The notes beneath the pieces were generated by a model, which made no database searches, was not told the DNA's origin, and was given only the letters and a program-made list of their open reading frames with translations. Of a stretch of 64,000 nucleotides of DNA, positions 51,704 through 64,000 are shown one piece after another (position 1 is the first letter of the stretch; every line of letters starts with the position of its first letter). Source of the DNA: Candidatus Spongiisociaceae bacterium (GTDB lineage: Bacteria; Actinomycetota; Acidimicrobiia; Spongiisociales; Spongiisociaceae); assembly GCA_965262915.1 (NCBI GenBank), contig OZ253564.1, forward strand, positions 4,256,001 through 4,320,000, read 5' to 3'. A program made the position numbers and the translations under genes.

Positions 51704-53046
51704 TCCGCCGCCCGCACGACCCGATCCACGAACTCGGGGCCGGCGCCCATCACACGACCGAGATCCGCCAGATCGTCGATCGCTCGCCGGTCCAGGTGGG
51801 CCGGTACGCGGGGATCGCTCAGGACGGCATCGGGGAATGTCATTCCCTCTTCCACCCCCCGCATGGCCGCCTCGTATACGATGTCGTGGGCCGTGTGCTT
51901 GCCCACCCGGTCGGCCAGTGCCCTCATCACCGGCTCGGCGAACACGAACCCTTGCCGGGCCTCGATGTTGGCCATCATCCGTTCGGCGTCCACCTCGAGA
52001 CCTTCCACCAGGACCGTCGCGTAGCGGGTGGCGGACAGCGTCATGGCACAGGCCTCCGGGATGGCTATCCACTCGGCCTTCCAGGACCGGCCGTCCCGCT
52101 CGTGGAGCTGGATCATCGCCTCGGTCACCACCGCGGCGTCGGCACGCACCAGGCGGCCCAGCGTGTCCAGGTGCTCGGACAGTTCCGGGTTGCGTTTTTG
52201 CGGCATGGTGATGCTTCCCACCGTCCCGTGGATGAACGGCTCCCGCACCTCGCCCAACTCCAGCCGCTGCAATTCCATGATCTCGTTGCCGATCTTGGCG
52301 ATGGTGGTGGCAACCATGGCCAGCAGGTTGGTGAACTCGGCCGGCCCGTCCCGGCTGGTGATCCACGGGATCGAGGGAACTCGCAACCCGATGCGGCGGG
52401 CGAATGCCTCCAGCAAGGGCAGTGCCCGGTCGCCCCAGAACTCCATCGTTCCGAGAGCGCCACCGAGTTGGACCACCTCCCAGCGACCCCGTCCGGCGGC
52501 CAGCCGCTGCCGGTGCCGACCGATCTCGGCCGCCCAGACGGCCACCTTGAACCCGAAGGGGATCGGGAGAGCGGGCTGGGCATGGGTACGGCCCATCATC
52601 GGCGTGGAGCGGTGCTCGCGGGCGAGCGAGAGCGCGGCCGCCTCGATCCGGGCCAGGTCCCGGTCGAGCAGATCGCCCACCGATCGCATGACAGTGGCGG
52701 TCCAGGTATCGGTCAGATCCTGCACCGTGGCGCCGTAATAGACCCATTCGCGAGCCGCCTCGGGAAGGGTGGCGCGCAGCACCCGGATCAGACCCAGGGT
52801 GGAGTGGCCGGTGGCCCGGGTCTCCGTGGCGACTCGCTCCAGATCGAGCTGAGCCTCGTCTGCGTAGACCCTGATGAATGCGGCGGCCTCGGTCGGCACC
52901 AGACCGACCTCCGCCTGGGCTTCCGCCAGGGTGGCGAGGATGTCCAGCCAGGCGCGGAACCGGGCTTCCTCGCCCAGGATCGAGCGGGCCTCCTCGGTCG
53001 CCCAGAGATGCCCGTAGACGACGGAATCCGAGAGGTGGATGCTCAT
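51700..53046 (-). CDS. Adenylosuccinate lyase-like protein; probable CoM biosynthesis enzyme (XcbD-like)
   Basis: GATVQD, GRTHAQPA, GSITMPQKRNPE and HERD. Confidence 0.88.
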   Translation of the reverse strand: MSIHLSDSVVYGHLWATEEARSILGEEARFRAWLDILATLAEAQAEVGLVPTEAAAFIRVYADEAQLDLERVATETRATGHSTLGLIRVLRATLPEAAREWVYYGATVQDLTDTWTATVMRSVGDLLDRDLARIEAAALSLAREHRSTPMMGRTHAQPALPIPFGFKVAVWAAEIGRHRQRLAAGRGRWEVVQLGGALGTMEFWGDRALPLLEAFARRIGLRVPSIPWITSRDGPAEFTNLLAMVATTIAKIGNEIMELQRLELGEVREPFIHGTVGSITMPQKRNPELSEHLDTLGRLVRADAAVVTEAMIQLHERDGRSWKAEWIAIPEACAMTLSATRYATVLVEGLEVDAERMMANIEARQGFVFAEPVMRALADRVGKHTAHDIVYEAAMRGVEEGMTFPDAVLSDPRVPAHLDRRAIDDLADLGRVMGAGPEFVDRVVRAAD

Positions 53047-53954
53047 CCGGGTACGGGTACCGCCGCGTCCACCCCGGTCAGCAACCTAAGAACGTGCCTC
53101 ACCTCATCCAGATTGGCCCCCCAGGGTACGACCGCGCGGCCTTCCGAGAACTCCATACCGCGCTCGAGCATGCAGCACTTGATGAGCCACCGCCCTTCCG
53201 GATCGGCTTCCTCGACCCGCTTGCGGGGGCATATGTCGACCTGGGCGGGCTCGTCCCCGTAGAAGTGGCGGTGGAACTGCATCGACCGCTCGCAACCGAT
53301 CATGACCCATTCATCCCGTACGGCCGGGCGGGTATCGAGGTATGACATCTCGCCGGCCAGTTCGGTCCCGGCGCCCCGGCAGGGAAGCAGGTAGGAATCG
53401 GCGGGAACCGTGGCGGCCAGATCGGGAAAGGTGACCGCGTCGAGAACCAACTCGACCGGCGGCAGATCCTCGTCGAAGTCGACCACCTGCTGAGCCTGGC
53501 GGAGGAGCTTGGGCGGTTCGGGGGGTGTGACCTCCGTCACGAAGACCCGAAGGGGGTCGGGCTCCCAGATGAAGTTGATGTGCTCGAACATGCCCTTTAC
53601 CACGAAGCCCGAGATACCGGGACGCCCGTAGCGATCTGCTGCCCTCGCCAGCGCGGAGGCGTTCCCCACGTCCACGGTCGCGTCTTCGATCAGCATCGTG
53701 CGGTCCGGACCGGACCAGATCTCGACCTCTACCACCGGCTCGAACAGCTCGCCGTTCTCCTGGCGAGCCACTGCAGCCAACCCGACAGATCCATCGTGGA
53801 TGAGTGCAAGGTAATCCGTTCGCCGGTACACCTCCCGGCCCATCAGGTAATCCCGCATGAACTCCGGCTCGGGAACTTCGTCAACATGCTGAACCGAGAG
53901 TCCCCGGTACGGGTGGGCACGGGCGTTCGGCGTCGGTTTATCAGCTACCGGCAT
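53043..53954 (-). CDS. Cys-rich hypothetical protein heading the CoM biosynthesis genes
   Basis: Plausible codon usage and ATGA coupling to the next gene. Motifs LLPCR, IGCERS..FH..FYG, ICPR and KCC.LE. Confidence 0.8.
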   Translation of the reverse strand: MPVADKPTPNARAHPYRGLSVQHVDEVPEPEFMRDYLMGREVYRRTDYLALIHDGSVGLAAVARQENGELFEPVVEVEIWSGPDRTMLIEDATVDVGNASALARAADRYGRPGISGFVVKGMFEHINFIWEPDPLRVFVTEVTPPEPPKLLRQAQQVVDFDEDLPPVELVLDAVTFPDLAATVPADSYLLPCRGAGTELAGEMSYLDTRPAVRDEWVMIGCERSMQFHRHFYGDEPAQVDICPRKRVEEADPEGRWLIKCCMLERGMEFSEGRAVVPWGANLDEVRHVLRLLTGVDAAVPVPG

Positions 53955-54007
53955 GGCACCCCCAATCCGGCACGCGGCGTGCCTATGGCGATTCTACTTG
54001 TAAACGA

Positions 54008-54039
54008 GCAGGGCCGCCCCGGATTCGGGACGGCCCTGC
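54008..54039 (-). terminator. GC-rich stem-loop after xecA (terminator or mRNA stabiliser)
   Basis: Minus strand reads GCAGGGCCGTCCCG-AATC-CGGGGCGGCCCTGC followed by TCGTTTA. Confidence 0.6.
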
Positions 54040-54051
54040 GGAACAAGGGTT

Positions 54052-55158
54052 TCAGCCGAGTTCGCTGCGAACGATCTCCGCCCCGGACACCATCGCGTGG
54101 AGCTTGTCCTGCGCGATGTACCGCTGCAGAAGGATAAGACCACAGTCGGTGGTCACGCCCAACTGGTCGGCGGGCACGTACTCGAGGAGCCGGCGGATAC
54201 GACCGGCCACCTGCTCGGCTGTCTCGGTGATGGTCGACTTGACGTCGATCACGCCGGCCCAGAACTGGATGTTCTCCGGCACCGGATGGTTCTTCACCAC
54301 GTCGAGACCCGACAGGTCGTCGGAACGCCTACCGCAGTTCTCGAGGTTGAGAACGTCGATGTTCGCGTCGTAGGACGCCGGGATCACCGAAGCAGTGGCC
54401 GACGGTTCGGCCCCCTCACGGATGGTCAGGTCGAAGATCTCGCCCGCTCCCGCCGTATCGTCGGGGAAGTAGGCGGGGGTTCCGCCCCAGTTACCCCAGC
54501 AGATGTGGACGATGATCTTGGCGTTCTGGACACCTGCCACCGCCCGGTTGAATGCTTCGATGGCCCATGGTTCGTAGAAGTAGGGCCAGGTGAACTCGTC
54601 CAACTGGATGAAGTCGATTCCGAGCGCATCTACTTCGAGGATGTCCTCGTTGACCGCATCGGCGATCGCCATGGCCCGGTCCTCGGCGGCCTCGTAGTGG
54701 AGGTCGTTGCTCGCCTGGGCCAGAACCTGGATCCCTGTGTACTGCACCTTGGTTGCCTTGTTGGTGGCCCGCTTCAGAGCCTTGGCCTGCTCCACCATGA
54801 TGGCGCCCCGCCGCTCGACCTCCTGGGTCAGGGTTCCGGCGTGGAGGCGGCTGTAGATCGGGAATCCGAGGTAACCACCCCTGAGGTCGTAGCCGAGACG
54901 CTTGTAGTAGTAGTAGAGGGCCTGGTCGGCGTAGTTGTCGCCGTGGAGCCGGCCGTCGGTGATGATGTCGAGCCCGGCGTTCTCCTGATCCGTTGCCAGC
55001 GCCGCCGCCGCGTCTTCCAGGGCCTCCCTTATGAAGGCGTCGGGCGGCTCCTGGTCCCCGGTCCATTCCCGGACACACTGGGCGTCCCACCAGCGTGGAT
55101 TCGGATAGTTGCCCACCATAGAGGTCGGTATCAGTACTTCTTCACCCCTGATCTGCAT
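54052..55158 (-). CDS. xecA: Epoxyalkane:coenzyme M transferase (2-hydroxypropyl-CoM lyase)
   Basis: IPTSMVGNYPNPRWWDAQ, GGYLGFPIYSRLHAG, Zn ligands HICWGNWGG and TTDCG, QRYIAQDKLHA. Closely matches Xanthobacter XecA as recalled. GGAGGAG RBS upstream. Confidence 0.93.
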   Translation of the reverse strand: MQIRGEEVLIPTSMVGNYPNPRWWDAQCVREWTGDQEPPDAFIREALEDAAAALATDQENAGLDIITDGRLHGDNYADQALYYYYKRLGYDLRGGYLGFPIYSRLHAGTLTQEVERRGAIMVEQAKALKRATNKATKVQYTGIQVLAQASNDLHYEAAEDRAMAIADAVNEDILEVDALGIDFIQLDEFTWPYFYEPWAIEAFNRAVAGVQNAKIIVHICWGNWGGTPAYFPDDTAGAGEIFDLTIREGAEPSATASVIPASYDANIDVLNLENCGRRSDDLSGLDVVKNHPVPENIQFWAGVIDVKSTITETAEQVAGRIRRLLEYVPADQLGVTTDCGLILLQRYIAQDKLHAMVSGAEIVRSELG

Positions 55159-55372
55159 AACTCCTCCATATCTCGCGACGAGCGTTCGAGCCGGCCACAG
55201 CGGCCGGCCAGCGTGTGTTGACTACCTCCTCACCTGGGCTCGCATCGTATCGCGCTCGGGCGCCGTCGGCGTAGTCAGCGTACCAAACCAGGAAGCCGCC
55301 TTACTCGGAGGATCTCACCGGGAACGCCGCTGCATCCGGGCCGGGCGCCGTCGCGTCGTCCGGCCCCTCCTG

Positions 55373-56113
55373 TCAGCGGAGCGTCCACCCGCCGTCCACC
55401 ACGAGGCCATGCCCGGTCATGTACGAGAGGCGATCAGAGGCCAGAAGGGCGATGGCTTCGGCGATGTCCTCGGGCTGGGCGACCCTTCCGACAGGGATCC
55501 GAGCTTCCACGGCAGCTCGCAGGTCGGGCTGGTCGAGTCGCCACTTCGTCATCGGGGTCTCCACCATGCCCGGACACACCGCGTTGGATCGGATGCCGTC
55601 GACGGCATAGTCGGCGGCGATGGACCGAGCGAGAAGTAGAGCGGCCGCCTTCGACACCGAGTAGACGGCCCGAGCGGGGAAGGGGTCCATGCCCGCTACG
55701 GAAGCCACCGTGATGATGTGACCCGACCGGCGGGGAAGCATCGAGTTCAGGGCAGCCCGGGAGCACAGGTACACCCCCCTCACGTTGACCGCCATGACCC
55801 GGTCCCATTCGTCGAGGGGGGTCTCGTGGAGCCGGGCCGCGGCGACCGAGCCCGTGATCCCTGCGTTGTTGACCAGCACGTCGACCGGACCCAGAACCTC
55901 CTCGACGGTGGCGAAGGCTCCCGGCACCGCGGCCGGATCGGATACGTCCACTCCGAGACCGATGCCTCCCGCGGCGGCTTCGGAGGCGGTATCGGTATCG
56001 AGGTCCAGAACCGCGAGCCGGAATCCCTCCTGGCGGAGGCGAGCACAGGTCGCCCGACCGATTCCGGACCCGCCTCCGGTCACCACCGCCACCCTGCCGG
56101 GACTGCTGGACAT
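55373..56113 (-). CDS. xecD: SDR; probable 2-(R)-hydroxypropyl-CoM dehydrogenase
   Basis: NNAGITG, FPARAVYSVSK and CPGMVETPMTKWRLDQP, retaining both sulfonate-binding Arg positions of R-HPCDH. Confidence 0.85.
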   Translation of the reverse strand: MSSSPGRVAVVTGGGSGIGRATCARLRQEGFRLAVLDLDTDTASEAAAGGIGLGVDVSDPAAVPGAFATVEEVLGPVDVLVNNAGITGSVAAARLHETPLDEWDRVMAVNVRGVYLCSRAALNSMLPRRSGHIITVASVAGMDPFPARAVYSVSKAAALLLARSIAADYAVDGIRSNAVCPGMVETPMTKWRLDQPDLRAAVEARIPVGRVAQPEDIAEAIALLASDRLSYMTGHGLVVDGGWTLR

Positions 56114-56182
56114 CCGCACCTCCATTCTCGAAACGACCCCAGACTATGCCTCGTGGCGAAGACAGCCTAGGATCAGCCCGTC
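56114..56182. promoter_or_regulatory. Compact divergent promoter region between the two SDR genes
   Basis: 69-bp gap. TAGGAT lies 9 nt before the + strand ATG; TAGTCT and a GGAGG RBS are on the minus strand. Confidence 0.45.
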
Positions 56183-56950
56183 ATGAGGCTGGCAGGACGC
56201 GGAGCACTGATCACGGGGGCCGGATCGGGCATCGGCCGGGCAGCTGCCGAGTTGTTCGCTGCCGAAGGCGCCGCCGTCGCCGTGCTTGATCTGGATCCGG
56301 TAGCAGCCGCGTTAGTCGCATCCGACATTGTGACATCCGGCGGAGTGGCCCATCCGATCGTCGCTGATGTGTCCGCAGCCGAAGAGGTATCGGGCGCGGT
56401 GGACCTGGCCATCCGGCGACTCGGCCGGCTCGACATCGTCTACAACAATGCCGGCGTCAACTCGAACGGTTCCGTGGTCGACGCCACCGAGGAGGACTGG
56501 GACCGGTGCTTCGACGTCAACGTGAAAGGGATCTTCCTGGTCTCTAGGGCCGCCGTTCCGCATCTGGAGGCTGCCGGGGGCGGGTCGGTAGTGAACCAGG
56601 CGTCGGTGGCGGCCCTGGTCGGTGTGCGGGGAATAGCCGCCTACTGCGCGGCGAAGGGCGCGGTGGTGGCCCTGACCCGGTCCATGGCATTGGATCTCGC
56701 CCCTGCGGGAATCCGGGTGAACGCCCTCTGCCCCGGAACCGTCTACACCCCGCTCATGGAGCCCCTCATGCTTGAGCGTGGCCAGGGCGACATCGAACTC
56801 GGATTGGCCAGGACCGCCACCAAGTACCCCATCGGCCGCATCGGCGAGCCGTCCGAGATCGCCCGGGCAGCGCTCTTCCTGGCATCCGACGAGTCCACCT
56901 TCGTCACCGGTTCGGTCTTCACGGTCGACGGTGGCATGACCGCCCAGTAG
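56183..56950 (+). CDS. xecE: SDR; probable 2-(S)-hydroxypropyl-CoM dehydrogenase
   Basis: TGAGSGIG, AAYCAAKGA, CPGTV, ARTATKYPIGR (RxxxKYP as in S-HPCDH) and DGGMTA. Confidence 0.72.
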   Translation: MRLAGRGALITGAGSGIGRAAAELFAAEGAAVAVLDLDPVAAALVASDIVTSGGVAHPIVADVSAAEEVSGAVDLAIRRLGRLDIVYNNAGVNSNGSVVDATEEDWDRCFDVNVKGIFLVSRAAVPHLEAAGGGSVVNQASVAALVGVRGIAAYCAAKGAVVALTRSMALDLAPAGIRVNALCPGTVYTPLMEPLMLERGQGDIELGLARTATKYPIGRIGEPSEIARAALFLASDESTFVTGSVFTVDGGMTAQ

Positions 56951-56954
56951 TCCT

Positions 56955-57869
56955 ATGGGCGTACACCTCGCACCGGACAAGCACACCGACCTGGAGACAG
57001 CCGCGGGGTTGGTCAGCCCGGGATCGATGGTGGCCCTCGGCGGCGGGCTCTCCGCCCGGCTTCCGATGGCCCTCGTGCGCCAGTTGATCCGAGCGGGAGT
57101 AGGAGATCTCCACGTGGTGGGGTCGGCTCACTCGATCGATGTGGACCTGCTGGCTGCGGCCGGCTTGATAGCAATCTGCGAGGAGAGCTACGTCGGCTAC
57201 GAACAGGACCATGGCCTGGCGCCCGCCTTCCGGAGAGCTGCCCAGGAAGGATCCCTGGAAGCACGCGAGAGCTGCTGCGACACGATCCTCACCCAGTTGC
57301 GGGCGGCAGAGATGGCTCTTCCGTTCCTACCCGTCCACGGAGTGAAGGGCACCGACATTGAGGCCCTACACCCCGAATACAGTCGGGTGACCTGCCCGTT
57401 CACGGGTGAGTCGTTCGTAGCGGTGCCGCCGATGGCTCCGGATGTGGCCCTCATCCACGCCCCGCTCGGCGACCGGGACGGCAACCTGGCTATGGAACAG
57501 CCATACGTTCTCGACGAACGTTTCGCTCTGGCCTCGGAGATGGTGATCGCGACGGTCGACCGGATCGCACCGACCGAAGAGGTCGCCGAAGCCGGCATCG
57601 TCATTCCCTTCTACCGGGTGGCGGCGCTGGCGGAGGTTCCGTTCGGCGCCCATCCGAGTTCCTGCTATCCCGGATACGCGTACGACCGCCGGCACATCGC
57701 TGCCTGGGTAGCGGCCGCGAAGACCGATTCGGGCGCCGATGAGTACCTGCGAACCTTCGTAACCGAGATCGACGAGGACGAATACCGGGACCTGGTGGGA
57801 TCCGATCGCTTGGAGAGGCTGAGCGGCTACTCGTCCTCCACCGCTGACTGGATGGAGCTGTTCGGGTGA
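56955..57869 (+). CDS. CoA-transferase subunit A (glutaconate CoA-transferase-like)
   Basis: ALGG, PMALVRQLIR, LRAAEMALPFLP, PDVALIHA..GD..GN and PFGAHPSSC. Confidence 0.9.
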   Translation: MGVHLAPDKHTDLETAAGLVSPGSMVALGGGLSARLPMALVRQLIRAGVGDLHVVGSAHSIDVDLLAAAGLIAICEESYVGYEQDHGLAPAFRRAAQEGSLEARESCCDTILTQLRAAEMALPFLPVHGVKGTDIEALHPEYSRVTCPFTGESFVAVPPMAPDVALIHAPLGDRDGNLAMEQPYVLDERFALASEMVIATVDRIAPTEEVAEAGIVIPFYRVAALAEVPFGAHPSSCYPGYAYDRRHIAAWVAAAKTDSGADEYLRTFVTEIDEDEYRDLVGSDRLERLSGYSSSTADWMELFG

Positions 57870-58675
57870 GCCACCGGTATAGCTTCGACGAGTTCTTCGT
57901 GGTGGCACTGGCCAGGACCATCCGAGACCGGGAAGTCACCTTCCACGGTTTCGCGAGTCCATGCGCCACGGTGGCCATGCACCTGGCCAAGCGCACCCAC
58001 GCTCCTTCGGCTCTGCTGATCGAAGGGGCCATGTACGCGGTGAACCCGTATCCGGCCTTCATTCCCCCGACCAGCAGCGACCACTCCCTCAAGCAGGGCG
58101 CCGTCTACTCGATGCGGTTCGAGGAGGCCTTCGACATGTCGGTACGGGGCGAGGTCGACAACATGTTCCTGTCCGGCATCCAGATCGACCCCTACGGCAA
58201 CACCAACGTCACCGCGATCGGACGGATGCCTGCCCCCAAGGTGAAGCTCGGCGGAGGGGGCGGCGGCTGCAACATCTCGGCGACCATCCGGCGCCTGACC
58301 CTGTGGACCACCAACCACCGAAGCGGACGGTGCCTGGTGGAAGCATGTGACTTCATAACCGACATCGGCCACCGGACACCCGAAGGGACGAGAGCCGACC
58401 TCGGCTACCCGGGGGGCGGACCCGAGACGCTGATCACCGAGCTGGGGGTGTTCGACTTCCCCGACGGTCGCGCCCGGCTCCGGAAGCGGTTTCCCGATGT
58501 CGCGTTGGATGACATATCGGCGGCCACCGGCTTCAGGTTTGCCGTAGCCTCCGATCTCGACGTGGTGGACGCACCGAGCCGGGAACAGATCGAACTCGTG
58601 CGGACCATCGACCCGCTAGGCGTACGCCGGAGCGAGTTCCGGCCCTCCGAATTGGAGCGGCACTTCCGAACATGA
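57866..58675 (+). CDS. CoA-transferase subunit B
   Basis: HAP...LIEG (catalytic Glu position), FLSGIQIDPYGNTN, GGGGG and ITELGVFDF. Confidence 0.9.
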   Translation: MSHRYSFDEFFVVALARTIRDREVTFHGFASPCATVAMHLAKRTHAPSALLIEGAMYAVNPYPAFIPPTSSDHSLKQGAVYSMRFEEAFDMSVRGEVDNMFLSGIQIDPYGNTNVTAIGRMPAPKVKLGGGGGGCNISATIRRLTLWTTNHRSGRCLVEACDFITDIGHRTPEGTRADLGYPGGGPETLITELGVFDFPDGRARLRKRFPDVALDDISAATGFRFAVASDLDVVDAPSREQIELVRTIDPLGVRRSEFRPSELERHFRT

Positions 58676-60720
58676 CCCTCGATGCGGTGTTCAACCCGGC
58701 CCGTGTAGCCGTCGTGGGCGCCTCGGAGCGTCCCGGCAAGGTGGGGACAATCGTATGGCGGAACCTCGCCGACTTCGAGGGCGAAGTCATCCCTGTCACC
58801 TCCTCGTCGTCCTCGGTCGGCGGCGTGGAAGCGGTCGCGTCGCTGACGGAAGTCGAGGGTGATCTCGATCTGGCGATCCTGGTGGTGCCGGCCCCGGTGG
58901 CGCCTGTGATCGCCCGGCAGGCTGCTGCCAAGGGGGTCAAGGCCATCGTGGTGCTGGCCGGCGGCTTCGCCGAGACCGGTGAGGAGGGCGCCGCTCTCCA
59001 AGCCGAACTGGTGGAGGCCGCCGGCCCGGTCCGGATCGTCGGCCCCAACTGCTTCGGTGTCCAGAACATGGCCCGGGGGCTCAACGCCTCGATGACCGCC
59101 GCCGGTTCTCTCGATCCGGGAGGCATCGCGCTGATCACCCAGTCGGGGGCGTACGGGATGGCGATCCACGCCATGGCCCCCGACGAGCACCTGCGTTTCG
59201 GAAAGGTGTACTCGTCGGGCAACAAGGCCGACATCGGCGACCACGAGGCGATCCGGTATCTCCACGCCGATCGCGACACGGACATCATCTGCCTGCTCAC
59301 CGAGTCGGTGACCGACGGCGCGGAGCTGGCCGCGTCGATCCGGGAAGCCACCCCCACCACCCCGGTCATCGTGGCGAAGACGGGCCGCTCGAACGCGGGC
59401 GCGCGGGCAGCCCGCTCCCATACCGGCTCGCTCGGCACCAACGACGCCATATTCCGGGCTGCGATGCATCAGTGCGGCGCCATATCGGTTCACACCGGCC
59501 TCGAGATGCTCGAGGTGGCCCGGCTGCTGGCCGGCCAACCCCTCCCCCCGGGCAACCGGGCGGCGATCATAACCAACTCGGGCGGGACCGGCGTGGAACT
59601 GGTCGACATGCTGGCCACCGAAGGCGTCGACGTACCGGAGCTGTCACCACGGTTGCAGGCCCGCATAGCCGAGCGGATCCCCGCCTTCGCCAGCCCCCGC
59701 AATCCCGTCGACATCACCCCGATATGGCCCAGGTTCGCAGAGCTTTACCCGTGGCTCGTCGACACCGTCGCCCGGTCGGGAGAGGTGGACCTGGTCATAC
59801 CGGTCCTCCTCCAGAGAGCTGCCATGGACACAGCCACCGTGGCCGGGATCCGGGACACGGTGGCGAGGCTGAGGACCGATGGGATCGAGGTCCCGGTCTA
59901 CTGCTGCTGGGTCGCTCCCCGCGGCGAGCGGTTCAAAGCCGACACCCTGCAGGCGGCCGGCATCCCCTGCCTGGAGTGGCCGGAACCGACCGCCCGGTCG
60001 GTGGGCCATGCCGTGCGCTACGCCGCCAACCGTCATCGCATCGTCCCTCGCCCGATCCTGCCTTCTCCCCGTACCCTGACGGTGCCCGGCGGACCGGTCC
60101 CACCCCTCCGAGCGGCCTCCCTTCTGGCCGACTTCGGGGTCGGCACGGTGGAGAGCCGGATCTGTCATGATCCGGACCAAGCCGTATCGGCGGCCGCAGC
60201 CATGAACGGACCGGCGGTGATGAAGACGGCAGACCCCTCGATAGAGCACCGGGCCGAGGTCGGCGGGGTCCGTGTAGGCATGACCACGCGAGATGAGGTG
60301 GTGGCTGCGTATCTGGACCTGTCCCGTTTGGGAGCTGCAGTGCTGGTGCAGCCACAGCTCACCGGGGTCGAGATGGTGGTGGGAGCGTTGCGCGACCCGG
60401 CGTTCGGGCCGGTGGTGATGACCGGACTGGGCGGAACCGTGGTGGAACTGCTGGAGGACGTGACGTTCGCCCTGGCGCCGGTGGCGGAAGAGGAGGCCGT
60501 CCGGATGATCGAGGGCCTCCGGGGGTTCCCGCTACTCTGCGGTTACCGGGGTCGGCCGCCCGTGAGCATCGAGGAATTGGCTGACGTCATCACGTCCGTC
60601 AGCCGGCTCATAGCTACCTACCCGGATGTCAGCGAGATCGACCTCAACCCCGTGATCGCAACGGATTCCGGAGCGGTAGCCGTGGACTGGAAGATGTACG
60701 TCGCGAAGAACGGTGGCCGG

Positions 60721-60723
<3 letters not shown>
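58672..60723 (+). CDS. ADP-forming acyl-CoA ligase (acetate-CoA ligase family)
   Basis: VVGASERPGKVG, GPNCFG, QSGA, SHTGSL (phospho-His), NPVD and ATP-grasp motifs DPAFGP and DLNP. Confidence 0.92.
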
Positions 60724-63629
<2,906 letters not shown>

Positions 63630-63730
63630 CCAGTGGCCGGTGGTCGGTCCCCAATGACAAGAGGAACGATCGCCCTGGTTCTTGCACAGCCCCGATACGA
63701 GCGATCCGGGGATCTGAGGGGGTAGCTCGG

Positions 63731-64000
63731 TCAGCCGTCGTGAGCCATGCGGATCAGGGACCGCATCGCCCGCATGGCCCGCTTCGTCTCGGACATCGAG
63801 GGATGCACACCGACGCCGTACATCGCCTTGGGCTTGAGATCTATGAGCGTCTTGAGGCGTCCTGAAGCGTCCTCTCCGATATCGGGCACTTCTTTCAGCA
63901 TGTCAACGGCATCCTTGTGATCGGGGCCCGCCGAGTGTTCCCCCAGCGCCTTGCAGCAGATGGCGTCGGCGGCGGCGACCCCGGCCATGACCGCAATGCT
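63731..64000 (-). CDS. HEPN-like protein (3' part; start probably outside the window)
   Basis: AVMAGVAAADAICCKALGEHSAGPDHKDAVDML...LKPKAMYG helical pattern. Confidence 0.55.
   Translation of the reverse strand, partial: SIAVMAGVAAADAICCKALGEHSAGPDHKDAVDMLKEVPDIGEDASGRLKTLIDLKPKAMYGVGVHPSMSETKRAMRAMRSLIRMAHDG

Noticed and set aside
49083-53046. Housekeeping argH and purB
   Set aside because: Divergent signature sequences and clustering with comA/xecA favour CoM biosynthesis paralogs
54052-55158. Cobalamin-independent methionine synthase
   Set aside because: Same fold, but the specific motifs and context match epoxyalkane:CoM transferase

Overview
High-GC window, probably from an actinobacterium (Acidimicrobiia-like, inferred from gene content and synteny). 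It has six blocks. (1) 1-12.8 kb: NADH dehydrogenase I operon nuoA-M on the minus strand, with NuoE and NuoF fused in frame and an unexplained ~460 bp insert between nuoL and nuoM. (2) 13.2-16.3 kb: a PIN/RHH toxin-antitoxin pair, argJ and rex. (3) 16.4-24.3 kb: a Type I restriction-modification island. hsdM, an accessory gene, hsdS and hsdR all carry nonsense or frameshift lesions, while an embedded HicAB-like pair is intact. (4) 24.4-34.1 kb: an unusual respiratory locus. A split cytochrome b6/subunit IV-type Rieske/cyt b operon with its own 2x[4Fe-4S] ferredoxin lies divergent from three genes: a CcoN-like protein lacking all six His ligands, a CcoO-like cytochrome with His in place of the axial Met, and a further cytochrome c. 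Three of these proteins share an unannotated N-terminal 'PEHLxxR' module. (5) 34.2-48.7 kb: SAM hydrolase, a MITE, cell-envelope genes and F420 genes cofD/cofE. (6) 48.9-63.6 kb: a coenzyme M-dependent epoxide carboxylation cluster (XecA, XecC, XecD and XecE homologs) with bacterial CoM biosynthesis genes, a CoA-transferase and an ADP-forming acyl-CoA ligase. No alkene monooxygenase is present in the window. Family assignments come from motif recognition and recall, not database searches.
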